64,000 nt of DNA from Coriobacteriia bacterium (GTDB taxonomy: Bacteria; Actinomycetota; Coriobacteriia; Coriobacteriales; UMGS124), in NCBI GenBank assembly GCA_018368455.1, contig JAGZEG010000005.1, forward strand, positions 22,322-86,321, read 5' to 3'. The first letter of the stretch is position 1, and each line of letters opens with the position of its first letter. Position numbers and translations under genes: made by a program. Below the pieces are notes generated by a model. That model was not told the DNA's origin. It ran no database searches and worked only from the letters and a program-made list of their open reading frames with translations. Below, in pieces: positions 46,051-54,622 of this stretch.

Positions 46051-46770
46051 TTACTCGTCCGGGCCGGAAGGCGGCTTCTCCACGGTTCTTTCATCTTTGT
46101 GCGGCCGCCCATGCAGCCGGTGGCCCTTGGGGCGGCTCCAAGAGAAGCTCGAGATGTCGGGGTCATCTTCTCCAAGCGCCTTGCGGGCAAGCCATTCGCC
46201 GATAGCGAGGGAGTCCTGGCTCGGACAGCCGAGGTCGTCATACTCGCACTCTGAGGAGTCCGGGGTTATTCTCTTTGCGCGCTTTCGGTCTGATTCGCAG
46301 GCCAGCAGGTAGTCGTCCCCGTCTGGGTCTCCATCACGAATGCACTCTAGGGCGATCTCTTCCGCTTGGGTGTGCCCAGACTTGAGCAGTGCGACGCCTG
46401 TTCGAAGGAGCACGTTTTGGCCGTCGGGGCCTAGCGCCATGTAGATCCGAAGGATTTTCGCGGCTTCTTTTCTCAGCCTCTCGAACTTGGCTGCTACGCC
46501 TTCCTGTCCAATTTCGCCTTTGAGCACGTCGATCCACTCAACGCCGATGGCCTTGCAAAGCGGTCCAGCGTACTCCGAGCAAAGGTATTCTCCCGGTCGG
46601 TTGAGGTAGCGATTGATGCTCCCCGTCGACAGGCTAGCTCTCCCCATCGCCTCGGCGAGAAGCTTCGCTATCTCTTCTTTGCTCTTGCCGGACTCGGCTA
46701 CGGCTGCTTTGAGCCTGCCAGAGAGAGTTTCCGCGTTTAGCCCAAGGGCTTGGACGTCCTCGTTTTCCAT
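46051..46770 (-). CDS. HTH (Cro/XRE-like) DNA-binding protein, hypothetical regulator
   Basis: N-terminal LSGRLKAAVAESGKSKEEIAKLLAEAMGRASLSTGSINRYLN. The C-terminal half is acidic and uncharacterised. Confidence 0.5.
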   Translation of the reverse strand: MENEDVQALGLNAETLSGRLKAAVAESGKSKEEIAKLLAEAMGRASLSTGSINRYLNRPGEYLCSEYAGPLCKAIGVEWIDVLKGEIGQEGVAAKFERLRKEAAKILRIYMALGPDGQNVLLRTGVALLKSGHTQAEEIALECIRDGDPDGDDYLLACESDRKRAKRITPDSSECEYDDLGCPSQDSLAIGEWLARKALGEDDPDISSFSWSRPKGHRLHGRPHKDERTVEKPPSGPDE

Positions 46771-47069
46771 GACATTGGGGCGTGCGCGGCGCCCCTTCTG
46801 ATGCCCTGCGGGGGAGTGGGGCTTCTTCCCTTCGCTTCGAACTTGCCTTTTTTAGAATTTACATCAGGGGCGTTACCCATGTCGTCATCGAATCCTTTCC
46901 AGTCATCAGACTTGCTTTGCGAGCCTATTGAAGTGCCCGGCCCCGCTTTGCCTGTACCCGCAGGGCCGGGCGACATGTCTGGCCGACACGTTCAGGATCT
47001 CCGCGGCTTGCTGGGCCAAAATGACGATGGCCCGTTCCGGATGCTTCTCTGCCTGTAAAATTATTAAAA

Positions 47070-47104
47070 GAGAGGAAGCACTCAATAAACCAGTGCTTCC
47101 TCTT
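47070..47104. terminator. bidirectional hairpin terminator at the left edge of the low-GC island
   Basis: 12-bp stem AGAGGAAGCACT / AGTGCTTCCTCT with a 9-nt loop, and T-rich tracts on both strands. Confidence 0.6.
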
Positions 47105-47117
47105 TCATCAATTTTAA

Positions 47118-47444
47118 TTATGCGTTCTTCGCTTTATATTCTTCGCCCCAATTCCACATTGCGTCTAAAATCGGTTTCAAGCTGTAGCCTAAATCCGTCA
47201 AAGTATATTCCACTCGTGGCGGTACCTCAGCATACACATGACGGTTTAAAAGCCCCTTTTCTTCCATATCCCGAAGTTGAGTAGTCAATACCTTTTGCGA
47301 AACATTACCGATGGATTTTTTTAATTCTCCAAAACGCTTTGTTCCGGGTAATAAATCGCGTAAAATAAGAACTTTCCATTTATCGCTAATCAACATCAGT
47401 GTTGTTTCCACCGGGCAAGCTGGCAACTCTTTCTTTGTTTGCAT
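47118..47444 (-). CDS. HxlR-family transcriptional regulator
   Basis: ATG at 47444, 8 nt after AAGGAAG. CPVETTLMLISDKWKVLILRDLL...RFGELKKSI...SQKVLTTQLRDMEEKGLL is a typical HxlR winged helix. Confidence 0.85.
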   Translation of the reverse strand: MQTKKELPACPVETTLMLISDKWKVLILRDLLPGTKRFGELKKSIGNVSQKVLTTQLRDMEEKGLLNRHVYAEVPPRVEYTLTDLGYSLKPILDAMWNWGEEYKAKNA

Positions 47445-47491
47445 TTTACCACTTCCTTTCAATAGTTTCTTTTTTGTAACTACAGCACAAT

Positions 47492-47505
47492 AAAGTACTT
47501 ACTTT
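47492..47505. promoter_or_regulatory. palindrome AAAGTA-CT-TACTTT in the divergent hxlR/reductase promoter region
   Basis: Perfect 6-bp arms seen in the sequence. The operator role is inferred only. Confidence 0.3.
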
Positions 47506-47586
47506 ACGAATTTGCTTTACGGATATATTGTAATCTTACAAGCGGTAAAAAAAGCCGCAATAGAAGAAAATGGAGGTAATCACACT

Positions 47587-48216
47587 ATGAAAATCGCAGT
47601 TATTTGTGCAAATGGCAAAGAGGGAAAGCTGATTGTAAAGGAAGCCGTGGACAGAGGGCTTGATGTTACCGCAGTCGTGCGGGGCGAAAATAAATCCGCC
47701 GCTGAAAAGGTTATCCAGAAAGACCTGTTCGACCTTACCGCTTCTGATTTGGAGAGCTTTGATGTTGTAATCGACGCTTTCGGGGCATGGACGCCGGAAA
47801 CGCTGCCGCAGCACAGCACTTCTCTGAAACATCTTTGTGACCTTGTGAGCGGCGAGGACACAAGACTTCTGGTTGTCGGCGGAGCGGGCAGCCTGTATGT
47901 AAACCCGGAGCATACCGTACAGGTAATGGACGGTGCAGACTTCCCCGACATCTTTAAGCCGCTGGCTGCTAATATGGGTAAGGCGTTAGAAGAACTTCGT
48001 ACCAGAAATGATGTAAAGTGGACGTATGTAAGCCCCGCCGGAGATTTTCAGGCTGACGGAGCAAAAACTGGGAAATACATTCTGGGCGGCGAGGAATTGA
48101 CGCTGAACTCCAAAGGCGAGAGCGTCATCAGCTATGCAGATTATGCAGTCGCTATGGTTGACGAAGCGGTAAAAGGTAATCATATTCAGCAGAGAATTTC
48201 TGTTGTAGCGGAATAA
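47587..48216 (+). CDS. NAD(P)H-binding (NmrA/flavin-reductase-like) oxidoreductase
   Basis: ATGGAGGTAA RBS. Starts MKIAVICANGKEGKLIVKEAVDRGLDVTAVVRG (Rossmann fold). 209 aa. Confidence 0.85.
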   Translation: MKIAVICANGKEGKLIVKEAVDRGLDVTAVVRGENKSAAEKVIQKDLFDLTASDLESFDVVIDAFGAWTPETLPQHSTSLKHLCDLVSGEDTRLLVVGGAGSLYVNPEHTVQVMDGADFPDIFKPLAANMGKALEELRTRNDVKWTYVSPAGDFQADGAKTGKYILGGEELTLNSKGESVISYADYAVAMVDEAVKGNHIQQRISVVAE

Positions 48217-48275
48217 TCAAACATACGAAAAGCCCTCTGCCGGAAAGGTAGGGGGCTTTTCACAGGAGGAATAAC

Positions 48276-48902
48276 ATGAGCGCAGAGAAATATTTGCAGA
48301 TTTTACAAAAGGATATTCAATCTGTTATCTTTGCGACAACAGATGAAAAAAATTTTCCTGTTACTTGCGTTATTGATGTTATGTTGGCAGATAGTTATGG
48401 ATTGTACTTTTTGACAGCAAAAGGGAAAGCATTTTATGACCGTCTAAAAAGGCAGCCTGTTATCTCACTAACAGGACTGAAAGGAAACGATACCATGCAC
48501 AGCCAGTCAATTACCTTGCGGGGAGAAGTGCGTGAAATCGGACAGGAACGCCTAAATGAGATTTTTGTTAAAAATCCCTACATGGAAAAGATTTATCCGA
48601 ATAGGGAAAGCCGCTCTGCGCTGACAGTATTTCAAATATACAAAGGTAATGGAGAGTTTTTTGATTTAAGCAGCAAGCCAATCTCTCGTAAAAAATTTTC
48701 TTTTGGTGGAATGGAAAACCATACAACTTTGTTTTATATCACAGAAAAATGCAGTGGCTGTAAATCATGTTTCCGTATATGCCCCCAACAGTGCATTGAC
48801 ATTAGCAAAAGACCGTTCCAAATACAACAGGAACATTGCTTACATTGCGGGAAGTGCAAAGAAATCTGCCCGGAACAGGCGGTAGAAAGGAGGACGATAT
48901 GA
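48276..48902 (+). CDS. pyridoxamine 5'-phosphate oxidase-like FMN-binding domain fused to a 2x[4Fe-4S] ferredoxin domain
   Basis: N-terminal split-barrel-like region, and C-terminal CSGCKSCFRICP and CLHCGKCKEICP. Confidence 0.8.
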   Translation: MSAEKYLQILQKDIQSVIFATTDEKNFPVTCVIDVMLADSYGLYFLTAKGKAFYDRLKRQPVISLTGLKGNDTMHSQSITLRGEVREIGQERLNEIFVKNPYMEKIYPNRESRSALTVFQIYKGNGEFFDLSSKPISRKKFSFGGMENHTTLFYITEKCSGCKSCFRICPQQCIDISKRPFQIQQEHCLHCGKCKEICPEQAVERRTI

Positions 48903-49672
48903 CGCAGCAAGAACGACGCTCTTATCTCATTCGTTATTTAAAAAGTGAAAATGAAGATTTGAAAAAAATAGAAGTGCCGGATAATGAAACGGAACAAAAG
49001 GTATTTCTGCGTTCCTTAATGAATATCCGTCCACCTAAAAACATAGGGAAAGATTTTCTAAACATACAGGACGCTTATTTGCAGACAGAACTAAAAGAAA
49101 AACATCTTGTTTCTCTTGCAGACCTCTCCCCTGTCCAAAAGGGAATTTATTTATGGCAAGGCGATATTACCGCATTAAAAACGGATGGGATTGTGAACGC
49201 TGCTAATAATGCTTTGTTAGGTTGTTTTGTTCCCTGTCATGGCTGCATTGACAATGCGATCCACTCCGCAGCCGGAATACAGCTTCGCCTAGAATGTTCC
49301 CGCATTATGGCGGCACAAAAGTCAGCAGAGCCTACTGGAAAAGCAAAGATAACAAAAGCGTATAATCTTCCATGTAAATATGTATTGCACACAGTAGGTC
49401 CTATCATTTATGGCAGAGTAACCGGAACAGACTGCAAACTATTGGCGGGCTGTTATCGTTCTTGCTTAGAGCTTGCAGACGCCTACGGTTTGAAAAGCCT
49501 TGCATTTTGCTGTATTTCAACAGGAGAGTTTCATTTCCCAAATGAGTTAGCGGCAGAAATCGCTATACGGACAGTAAAGGAGTGCCAACAGGAAAATCAA
49601 ACTGAATTGGAGGTGGTTTTCAATGTTTTCAAGGACAGCGACTACGAAATCTATAAACGTCTGCTCCGATAA
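48899..49672 (+). CDS. macrodomain protein (ADP-ribose binding/hydrolase type)
   Basis: ATGA overlap with the upstream stop, AAGGAGGA RBS. WQGDITALKTDGIVNAANNALLG and CISTGEFHFP macro motifs. Confidence 0.85.
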   Translation: MTQQERRSYLIRYLKSENEDLKKIEVPDNETEQKVFLRSLMNIRPPKNIGKDFLNIQDAYLQTELKEKHLVSLADLSPVQKGIYLWQGDITALKTDGIVNAANNALLGCFVPCHGCIDNAIHSAAGIQLRLECSRIMAAQKSAEPTGKAKITKAYNLPCKYVLHTVGPIIYGRVTGTDCKLLAGCYRSCLELADAYGLKSLAFCCISTGEFHFPNELAAEIAIRTVKECQQENQTELEVVFNVFKDSDYEIYKRLLR

Positions 49673-50495
49673 TCTAATCCGTTTAAAACAGGAAATTGAC
49701 ACAGCAGACGCTATTCTGATTGGAGCCGGAGCCGGACTTTCGACTTCTGCCGGATTTACTTATACAGGAAAACGCTTTGAAGATAACTTCTCCGATTTCA
49801 TCAGTAAATACGGATTTCACGATATGTATTCCGGCGGTTTTTATCCGTTTGACACATTGGAAGAACATTGGGCATATTGGAGCCGGTATATTTACATTAA
49901 CCGCTATTTAGATACACCGAAATCTGTTTATAAAAACCTTTTGAAACTGGTAGATAAAAAGGATTATTTTGTGCTTACAACAAATGTTGACCATTGCTTT
50001 CAAAAGGCTGGATTTGATAAGCACAAATTATTTTATACGCAAGGGGATTATGGTCTTTGGCAATGCTCTAAGCCATGCTGTCAAAAGACCTATGACAATG
50101 AAATCATTGCAAAAGAAATGGTTGATAAACAGAAAAATATGAAAATCCCTAGTGAATTAGTACCTCATTGTCCTGTATGTGGTGCGCCCATGTCCATGAA
50201 TTTACGGGCAGACGATACATTTGTAGAAGATGAGGGGTGGCATGAAGCAGCCGGACGGTATCAAGATTTCGTGCGTCGTCATCATGGATTACACATTTTG
50301 TATTTGGAATTGGGTGTCGGTAGCAGTACGCCGGTTATTATAAAATATCCATTTTGGAAAATGACCTATCAAAATCCTAACGCCACTTATGCTTGTGTCA
50401 ATCTTTCAGAAGCATTTGCACCAGTGCAGATAAAAAAGCAATCTATTTGTATTGAGGAGGATATAGGAACGGTAATATCAAAAATGCAGATGTAA
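49623..50495 (+). CDS. SIR2-family protein (macrodomain-linked sirtuin, SirTM-like by context)
   Basis: GGAGGTGG 6 nt before the ATG. GAGAGLSTSAG NAD-binding loop, TTNVDH, Cys4 zinc ribbon CSKPCC...CPVCG. Overlaps the macro gene by 50 nt. Confidence 0.85.
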   Translation: MFSRTATTKSINVCSDNLIRLKQEIDTADAILIGAGAGLSTSAGFTYTGKRFEDNFSDFISKYGFHDMYSGGFYPFDTLEEHWAYWSRYIYINRYLDTPKSVYKNLLKLVDKKDYFVLTTNVDHCFQKAGFDKHKLFYTQGDYGLWQCSKPCCQKTYDNEIIAKEMVDKQKNMKIPSELVPHCPVCGAPMSMNLRADDTFVEDEGWHEAAGRYQDFVRRHHGLHILYLELGVGSSTPVIIKYPFWKMTYQNPNATYACVNLSEAFAPVQIKKQSICIEEDIGTVISKMQM

Positions 50496-50541
50496 CTTTA
50501 ACGTCAAAGCCGCAGTTTATACATTAGAATGGCGACAAAGG

Positions 50542-50586
50542 CGGCGGTTTTGAAAACAGATAATCAAAGCCGCCGTTTTTCTTTTT
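50542..50586 (+). terminator. terminator after the SIR2 gene
   Basis: CGGCGGTTTTG / CAAAGCCGCCG stem (one mismatch) followed by TTTTTCTTTTT. Confidence 0.6.
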
Positions 50587-50787
50587 AAAATTAGAAATTC
50601 TGACGGTGTATTAAAGTCGCCCTTTTTTAGAAATATGGTGGTATTAAGGAGGTATCGCCATGTCTTTTTTATATCGACATATTTTTACATTCTTTGACTT
50701 ATCAAAAATAGCCCGACCACCGTCGGGAATCTTTCTACCCTTGGATATGAACTGTCAAATCAGCTAAATGCTTTTTATAATACCTAT

Positions 50788-50826
50788 GCGCCTGTCCGTG
50801 TTTTTCGGACGGGCGCGTTTTGTTTT
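50788..50826 (+). terminator. hairpin terminator at the right edge of the low-GC island
   Basis: GCGCCTGTCCG / CGGACGGGCGC stem with a 7-nt loop, then GTTTTGTTTT. Confidence 0.6.
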
Positions 50827-51465
50827 CTCCTAAAGTTTTCTCCCGAGTAGGGGAGGCCTTGGATGGTCGCGCAGGGCGGAGCATATCCACTTTAAAGCGG
50901 CTAGCCGAGTTCGGAGGAGCGGGGGGTTCGCCCTATTTGCCCATGCGCATATCTCTGCCCCGCTCTCGTCTGTGGGCGCTCCGGCAGGAGCCCAGGCCCT
51001 CCCCGCCCGCCTGCCGCGCCGGCTCCGGCCGCCCCCGCGAGGGCGCGCAGCTCGGCCGCCATCCGGCCCTCGCTCATCTCCTTCCAGACGAACGGCTCTG
51101 CGACGATCCACCTGGCGAGCTCCCTCTCGAGCCCCTCGAACTCGCCCGCGTCGAACATGCTGCCCCCTCCCACCCGGACCATGACCGAGGCGATTTTGGC
51201 CGGCCCGGGGGGCCGGCGCCACCTCCCCCTGGGTGCGTCCGGCGCCACTCGCCGATGTCTCTTTTTACGGGAAAGCCGGCGTTGGTGACATCGCTTTGGG
51301 AAATGCCGCAGGCGGGAGGGCGTTTCCGCGCGCCCGAGGGGGACTTGCCGGGGGTGCTTCTATGCTCGCGGGGATTGCGGGGAGGGCCTTGCCGGCTCCT
51401 GGGAAGCGCCCGGGCCCTGGCCGTCCTCGCGTCGGTGCCGGCTGGGCTCGCGATTGGAGGGTCGC

Positions 51466-52320
51466 ATGGACAGCTACGAGGTCGAGTTCCGGAACCCGGT
51501 CAACGGGGACATGCGCGAGTGGGCGTTCTCGCCGGTAGGGTCGCGCGTCGCCTTCTTGCTGGCGGGCCCCCTCTACCTCCTGTGGAAGGGCGCGGTCCGG
51601 GCGGCGGTGCGCCTGGTGCTGATGCTGCTGTGCGCGGCGGCCGCCTGCTGGGTCGCGGCGGGGGTGCTTCGCACGGCCCTGGTCTATCCCCTGTGGGTCT
51701 TGTCCTCCCTCCTCTTCTACACGTCGTCTGGCGGCGCTGTTGAGCTGGGGCCGCTAACATACGCCGTTCTAATCGCCGTGCACGTCTGGTTCACCGCGAA
51801 GCTCCCCGGCATCCTCGCACGCGACCTGTTCGTGTCCGGCTACGCCCCGTCGAGCGACGTCGGGTGGAGGGTGCTGGGGTCCCTCGGCATCTTCGAGGGA
51901 AGGCAGCTGGACTCCTACTACGAGGCCTACGCTCACGGCGCGGGGGGAGACGTGTCGGGGGGAGGCGGCGACCGAGAGGACTGCTGCGGTGGGAAAGGGG
52001 GCGCGGATCTGCTGAAAAGGTTACTGTCAGAGATGGCCGCCCGGGGGTTGGGGGAGGGAGTTGACTACTCTTTGGATGATGCCCCCGGCGAGGTGTGGGT
52101 AAATATTTACGACGCACGGGGCGTTGGGCTTGACTCCATTCTAAATGGCTGCGGCTTTGATGGGGGGCAGGTGCTTGGTGAGATCCTGGCCCCCGGGCAG
52201 GGGGAGGGCGGGCACTCGGCGCCCCTGGACGGCCTCACCGTTCGCTGGGAGGTGGGGGAGTCTGGGGTAAGGGGCGTCTGCCTGGTTGTGGAAGTAGTCA
52301 GGGGTTCGTCTCGACGCTAG
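51466..52320 (+). CDS. DUF2628-like membrane protein with C-terminal soluble domain
   Basis: GGAGGG RBS. AFLLAGPLYLLWKGAVR plus 2-3 TM segments. Paralogous to the next gene (RDLFVSGYAPSSD vs RDLFVSGYSPEDE). Confidence 0.55.
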   Translation: MDSYEVEFRNPVNGDMREWAFSPVGSRVAFLLAGPLYLLWKGAVRAAVRLVLMLLCAAAACWVAAGVLRTALVYPLWVLSSLLFYTSSGGAVELGPLTYAVLIAVHVWFTAKLPGILARDLFVSGYAPSSDVGWRVLGSLGIFEGRQLDSYYEAYAHGAGGDVSGGGGDREDCCGGKGGADLLKRLLSEMAARGLGEGVDYSLDDAPGEVWVNIYDARGVGLDSILNGCGFDGGQVLGEILAPGQGEGGHSAPLDGLTVRWEVGESGVRGVCLVVEVVRGSSRR

Positions 52321-52332
52321 GCAACGCTGGCG

Positions 52333-53108
52333 GTGGCCCGACCTCAGGCGCAGGAGACGGGGAACCTGCGCGACTGCTCGTACTCTTACGTCGGGTTCTT
52401 CTTCCTCGGCCCGTACTATCTGCTATTTAAGGGTCGCGTCCGCCCCGCCGCGGAGTACGTGGCCGCCATGCTGGCCCTGCTCCTGCTCTTCTGGGCCGCG
52501 GGCTCGTACCTCGACCCATACGGCGTCGCCGCGAGCCTGCTCTCCGTGGTCGAGGCGGTCGCCCCCCTGGCCCTCGTCGTGTGGTTCCTCCAGGCCATGC
52601 CGCGCATCATCGTGCGGGACCTCTTCGTCTCCGGCTACTCCCCGGAGGACGAGGGGCAGTGGGGCGCCCTGGAGAGGAGCGGGATCCTCTCGGATCGGCA
52701 GCTTGCCTCCTTCAGGGGGGCATGCGGAAGCCGGCCCGGCGCCCCCGTCGCTGGCCGGGGCGCCTCGAGCCTGGGGTCCGGGCCCTGGGGGGAGAGGGCG
52801 GCCTCCGCCTGCGCGGGCTCCCCCGCGGATTGGCTGGGAGCCGACGGGGACGAGCTTCTCCCGGCGCCCCCCGACCTCCTGGATAGGGGGCTGGATGACC
52901 GGGCCAGGGAGAGGGTCGAGGGCGCGATCCGCTCGCACGGGCGGTGGGGCAAGGGGAGCTACGAGGCGCTCCCGTCCGGGGCCATACGGGTCGCCGGGCA
53001 CCTCGTCTGCTACCTCGGCCTGTCCCCCGTCCTGAAGGCGCTCGGCGCCGACGGGGAGCGCGTCGTCTCCCTGGTGCTCAAGACGGGGCGATGCCTTCCG
53101 GGGGGGGG
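52333..53108 (+). CDS. DUF2628-like membrane protein paralog; 3' end unresolved at a G9 tract
   Basis: GTG start. FFFLGPYYLLFKGRVR. Beyond the G9 run (53100-53108) the open frame becomes a Pro/Arg-rich tail to 53886, which looks non-coding. Confidence 0.45.
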
Positions 53109-53410
53109 TGGATGGTCAGGCTTCCCGGGTGCGTCCTTGCGTGGGTCGTCGGCAGCCACGGGATCGACGGGGCCTACTTCGCCTCGGAAGGCGGCCCCCA
53201 CGGGGAGGGGAGCCTCGAGGGCTCCTCGGCGGCCCACTCCGATGGCGCGCCTTACGCCGCTGGCGACGGCCCCGGGCCTGCCTCGGGCGCGGGCGTCGGA
53301 CCCGGGGCCGCGGGGCGCCCCTCGGGCGACCCCTCCGGGGCCGCCCCCGTTCCGCCCGGGCAGCCGGAGCGGGCGGCGCCGGGGGCTCGCGCGGGCGAAG
53401 GGCGCTCCTC

Positions 53411-53713
53411 ATGCTGCTCGTTCTTGCCGTCCTTGCCGCGCTCGTCGCCGTCGCCACGGCCGTGGCCGGCGCCGGCTCAATCGACGGCGACTGGTACTCG
53501 ACCGAAGGCGGGGTCACGTACAGGCTCTCGGTGGACGGGGACGACTGGGCATACTACGCGGCGGACGGCTCGGGCGAGGCGGAGCTCGGGAGCGGGGAAG
53601 TGCGCAGGGAGGGGGACGGCGAGTGGGTCTTCTCCGGGGGCATAGACGACTCCTGCGAGCCCAGGGACGGCCGGCTCGTCTTCCGGGACGGCTCGACCAT
53701 GAGCAGGGGGTAG
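53411..53713 (+). CDS. small membrane-anchored hypothetical protein
   Basis: MLLVLAVLAALVAVATAVAGAG anchor followed by SIDGDWYSTEGGVTYRLSVDGDDWAYY... with normal composition. The upstream part of ORF 53108-53713 is Arg-rich junk. Confidence 0.4.
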   Translation: MLLVLAVLAALVAVATAVAGAGSIDGDWYSTEGGVTYRLSVDGDDWAYYAADGSGEAELGSGEVRREGDGEWVFSGGIDDSCEPRDGRLVFRDGSTMSRG

Positions 53714-54042
53714 GCCGGGGCGGCCGCACGGCGCCGCGGCTTCCCCAGGGCCGACGGCCCCGCGGCACGGCCGGCAAAGACGGGGCGGCCGGGTCGCGGC
53801 TCGCCGCCCCGGCCCCTCCCGGGGCCGATCCGCTGCGCTCTCACACGCTTATCCCCCCACACCCCCCTAAAAAGGCTATCCACTAGACCATCCGCTCTTG
53901 GCGGGGGCCCCGGCCGGAGGCCGCGGGCGCACCCCGGGGCCGACCGGCTGCGGTTTCTCGCGGCCCTCTCGTCGCCGGGGGACCACGGCGCGCCCGGCTC
54001 TGATATCATTCGGATAATTCTCTGATAGGGAGGTTGTCCGCC

Positions 54043-54312
54043 ATGGCTATGAGCATCAGGCCCGTCTCGGATCTGAGGAACCGCTACCCCGAGGTGGAGC
54101 GGGAGGTCCGCGAGGGGGGGCCGGTCTTCCTCACCAAGAACGGCCACGGCTCCATGGTCGTCATGAGCCTGGAGCAGTTCGACCGCATGAGCGGCTCGGT
54201 CGAGTCGGCCCTGGACGCCGCCGACCGCCAGGCCGCCGCGGTGCCTACGCGCTACACCCACGAGGAGGTCTTCTCCTCCATCAGGGCGGGGCTGGGCCGT
54301 GAGCGGGCGTAG
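54043..54312 (+). CDS. Phd/YefM-family type II antitoxin
   Basis: GGGAGG 9 nt before the ATG. RPVSDLRNRYPEVEREVREGGPVFLTKNGHGSMVVMSLEQFD. Confidence 0.75.
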   Translation: MAMSIRPVSDLRNRYPEVEREVREGGPVFLTKNGHGSMVVMSLEQFDRMSGSVESALDAADRQAAAVPTRYTHEEVFSSIRAGLGRERA

Positions 54313-54622
54313 GGGAGGATACGAGCTGCGCTACCTCCCGCTGTTCTGGGAGGACCTCGACGCCGCCGTCGCCTACATCGCGGGCGAGCTTCGCAACCCT
54401 GCCGCCGCGGGGCGCCTCCTGGACGCGACGGAGGAGGCCATCCTGGCGCACTCCCTCAACCCCGCGATGGCGGCGGTGTACCGCACGACGCGGGAGCGCC
54501 CCCTGCCCTACCACTGGTTCGAGGTCGGCAACTACATGGTCTTCTACGTCGTGGACGGGGACGTGATGGAGCTCCGCCGGTTCCTGTACAAGCGCCGGGA
54601 CATCGGCTCCATGGTCCCGTAG
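54299..54622 (+). CDS. RelE/ParE-family type II toxin
   Basis: GTG start overlapping the antitoxin end. YELRYLPLFWEDLDAAVAYI ... YHWFEVGNYMVFYVVDGDVMELRRFLYKRRD. Confidence 0.75.
   Translation: MSGRRGGYELRYLPLFWEDLDAAVAYIAGELRNPAAAGRLLDATEEAILAHSLNPAMAAVYRTTRERPLPYHWFEVGNYMVFYVVDGDVMELRRFLYKRRDIGSMVP

Noticed and set aside
50820-51743. 307-aa plus-strand ORF and the overlapping minus ORF 50830-51222 at the right border of the low-GC island
   Set aside because: Pro/Arg/Gly-rich composition and overlap with the start of the DUF2628-like gene. Only the short minus-strand frame 50901-51248 has locally plausible composition, and it remains unresolved.
53109-53886. Continuation of ORF 52333-53886 beyond the G9 tract
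   Set aside because: The Pro/Arg/Gly-rich tail overlaps a better candidate gene (53411-53713) in another frame. It is treated as non-coding or frameshifted, not as part of the protein.
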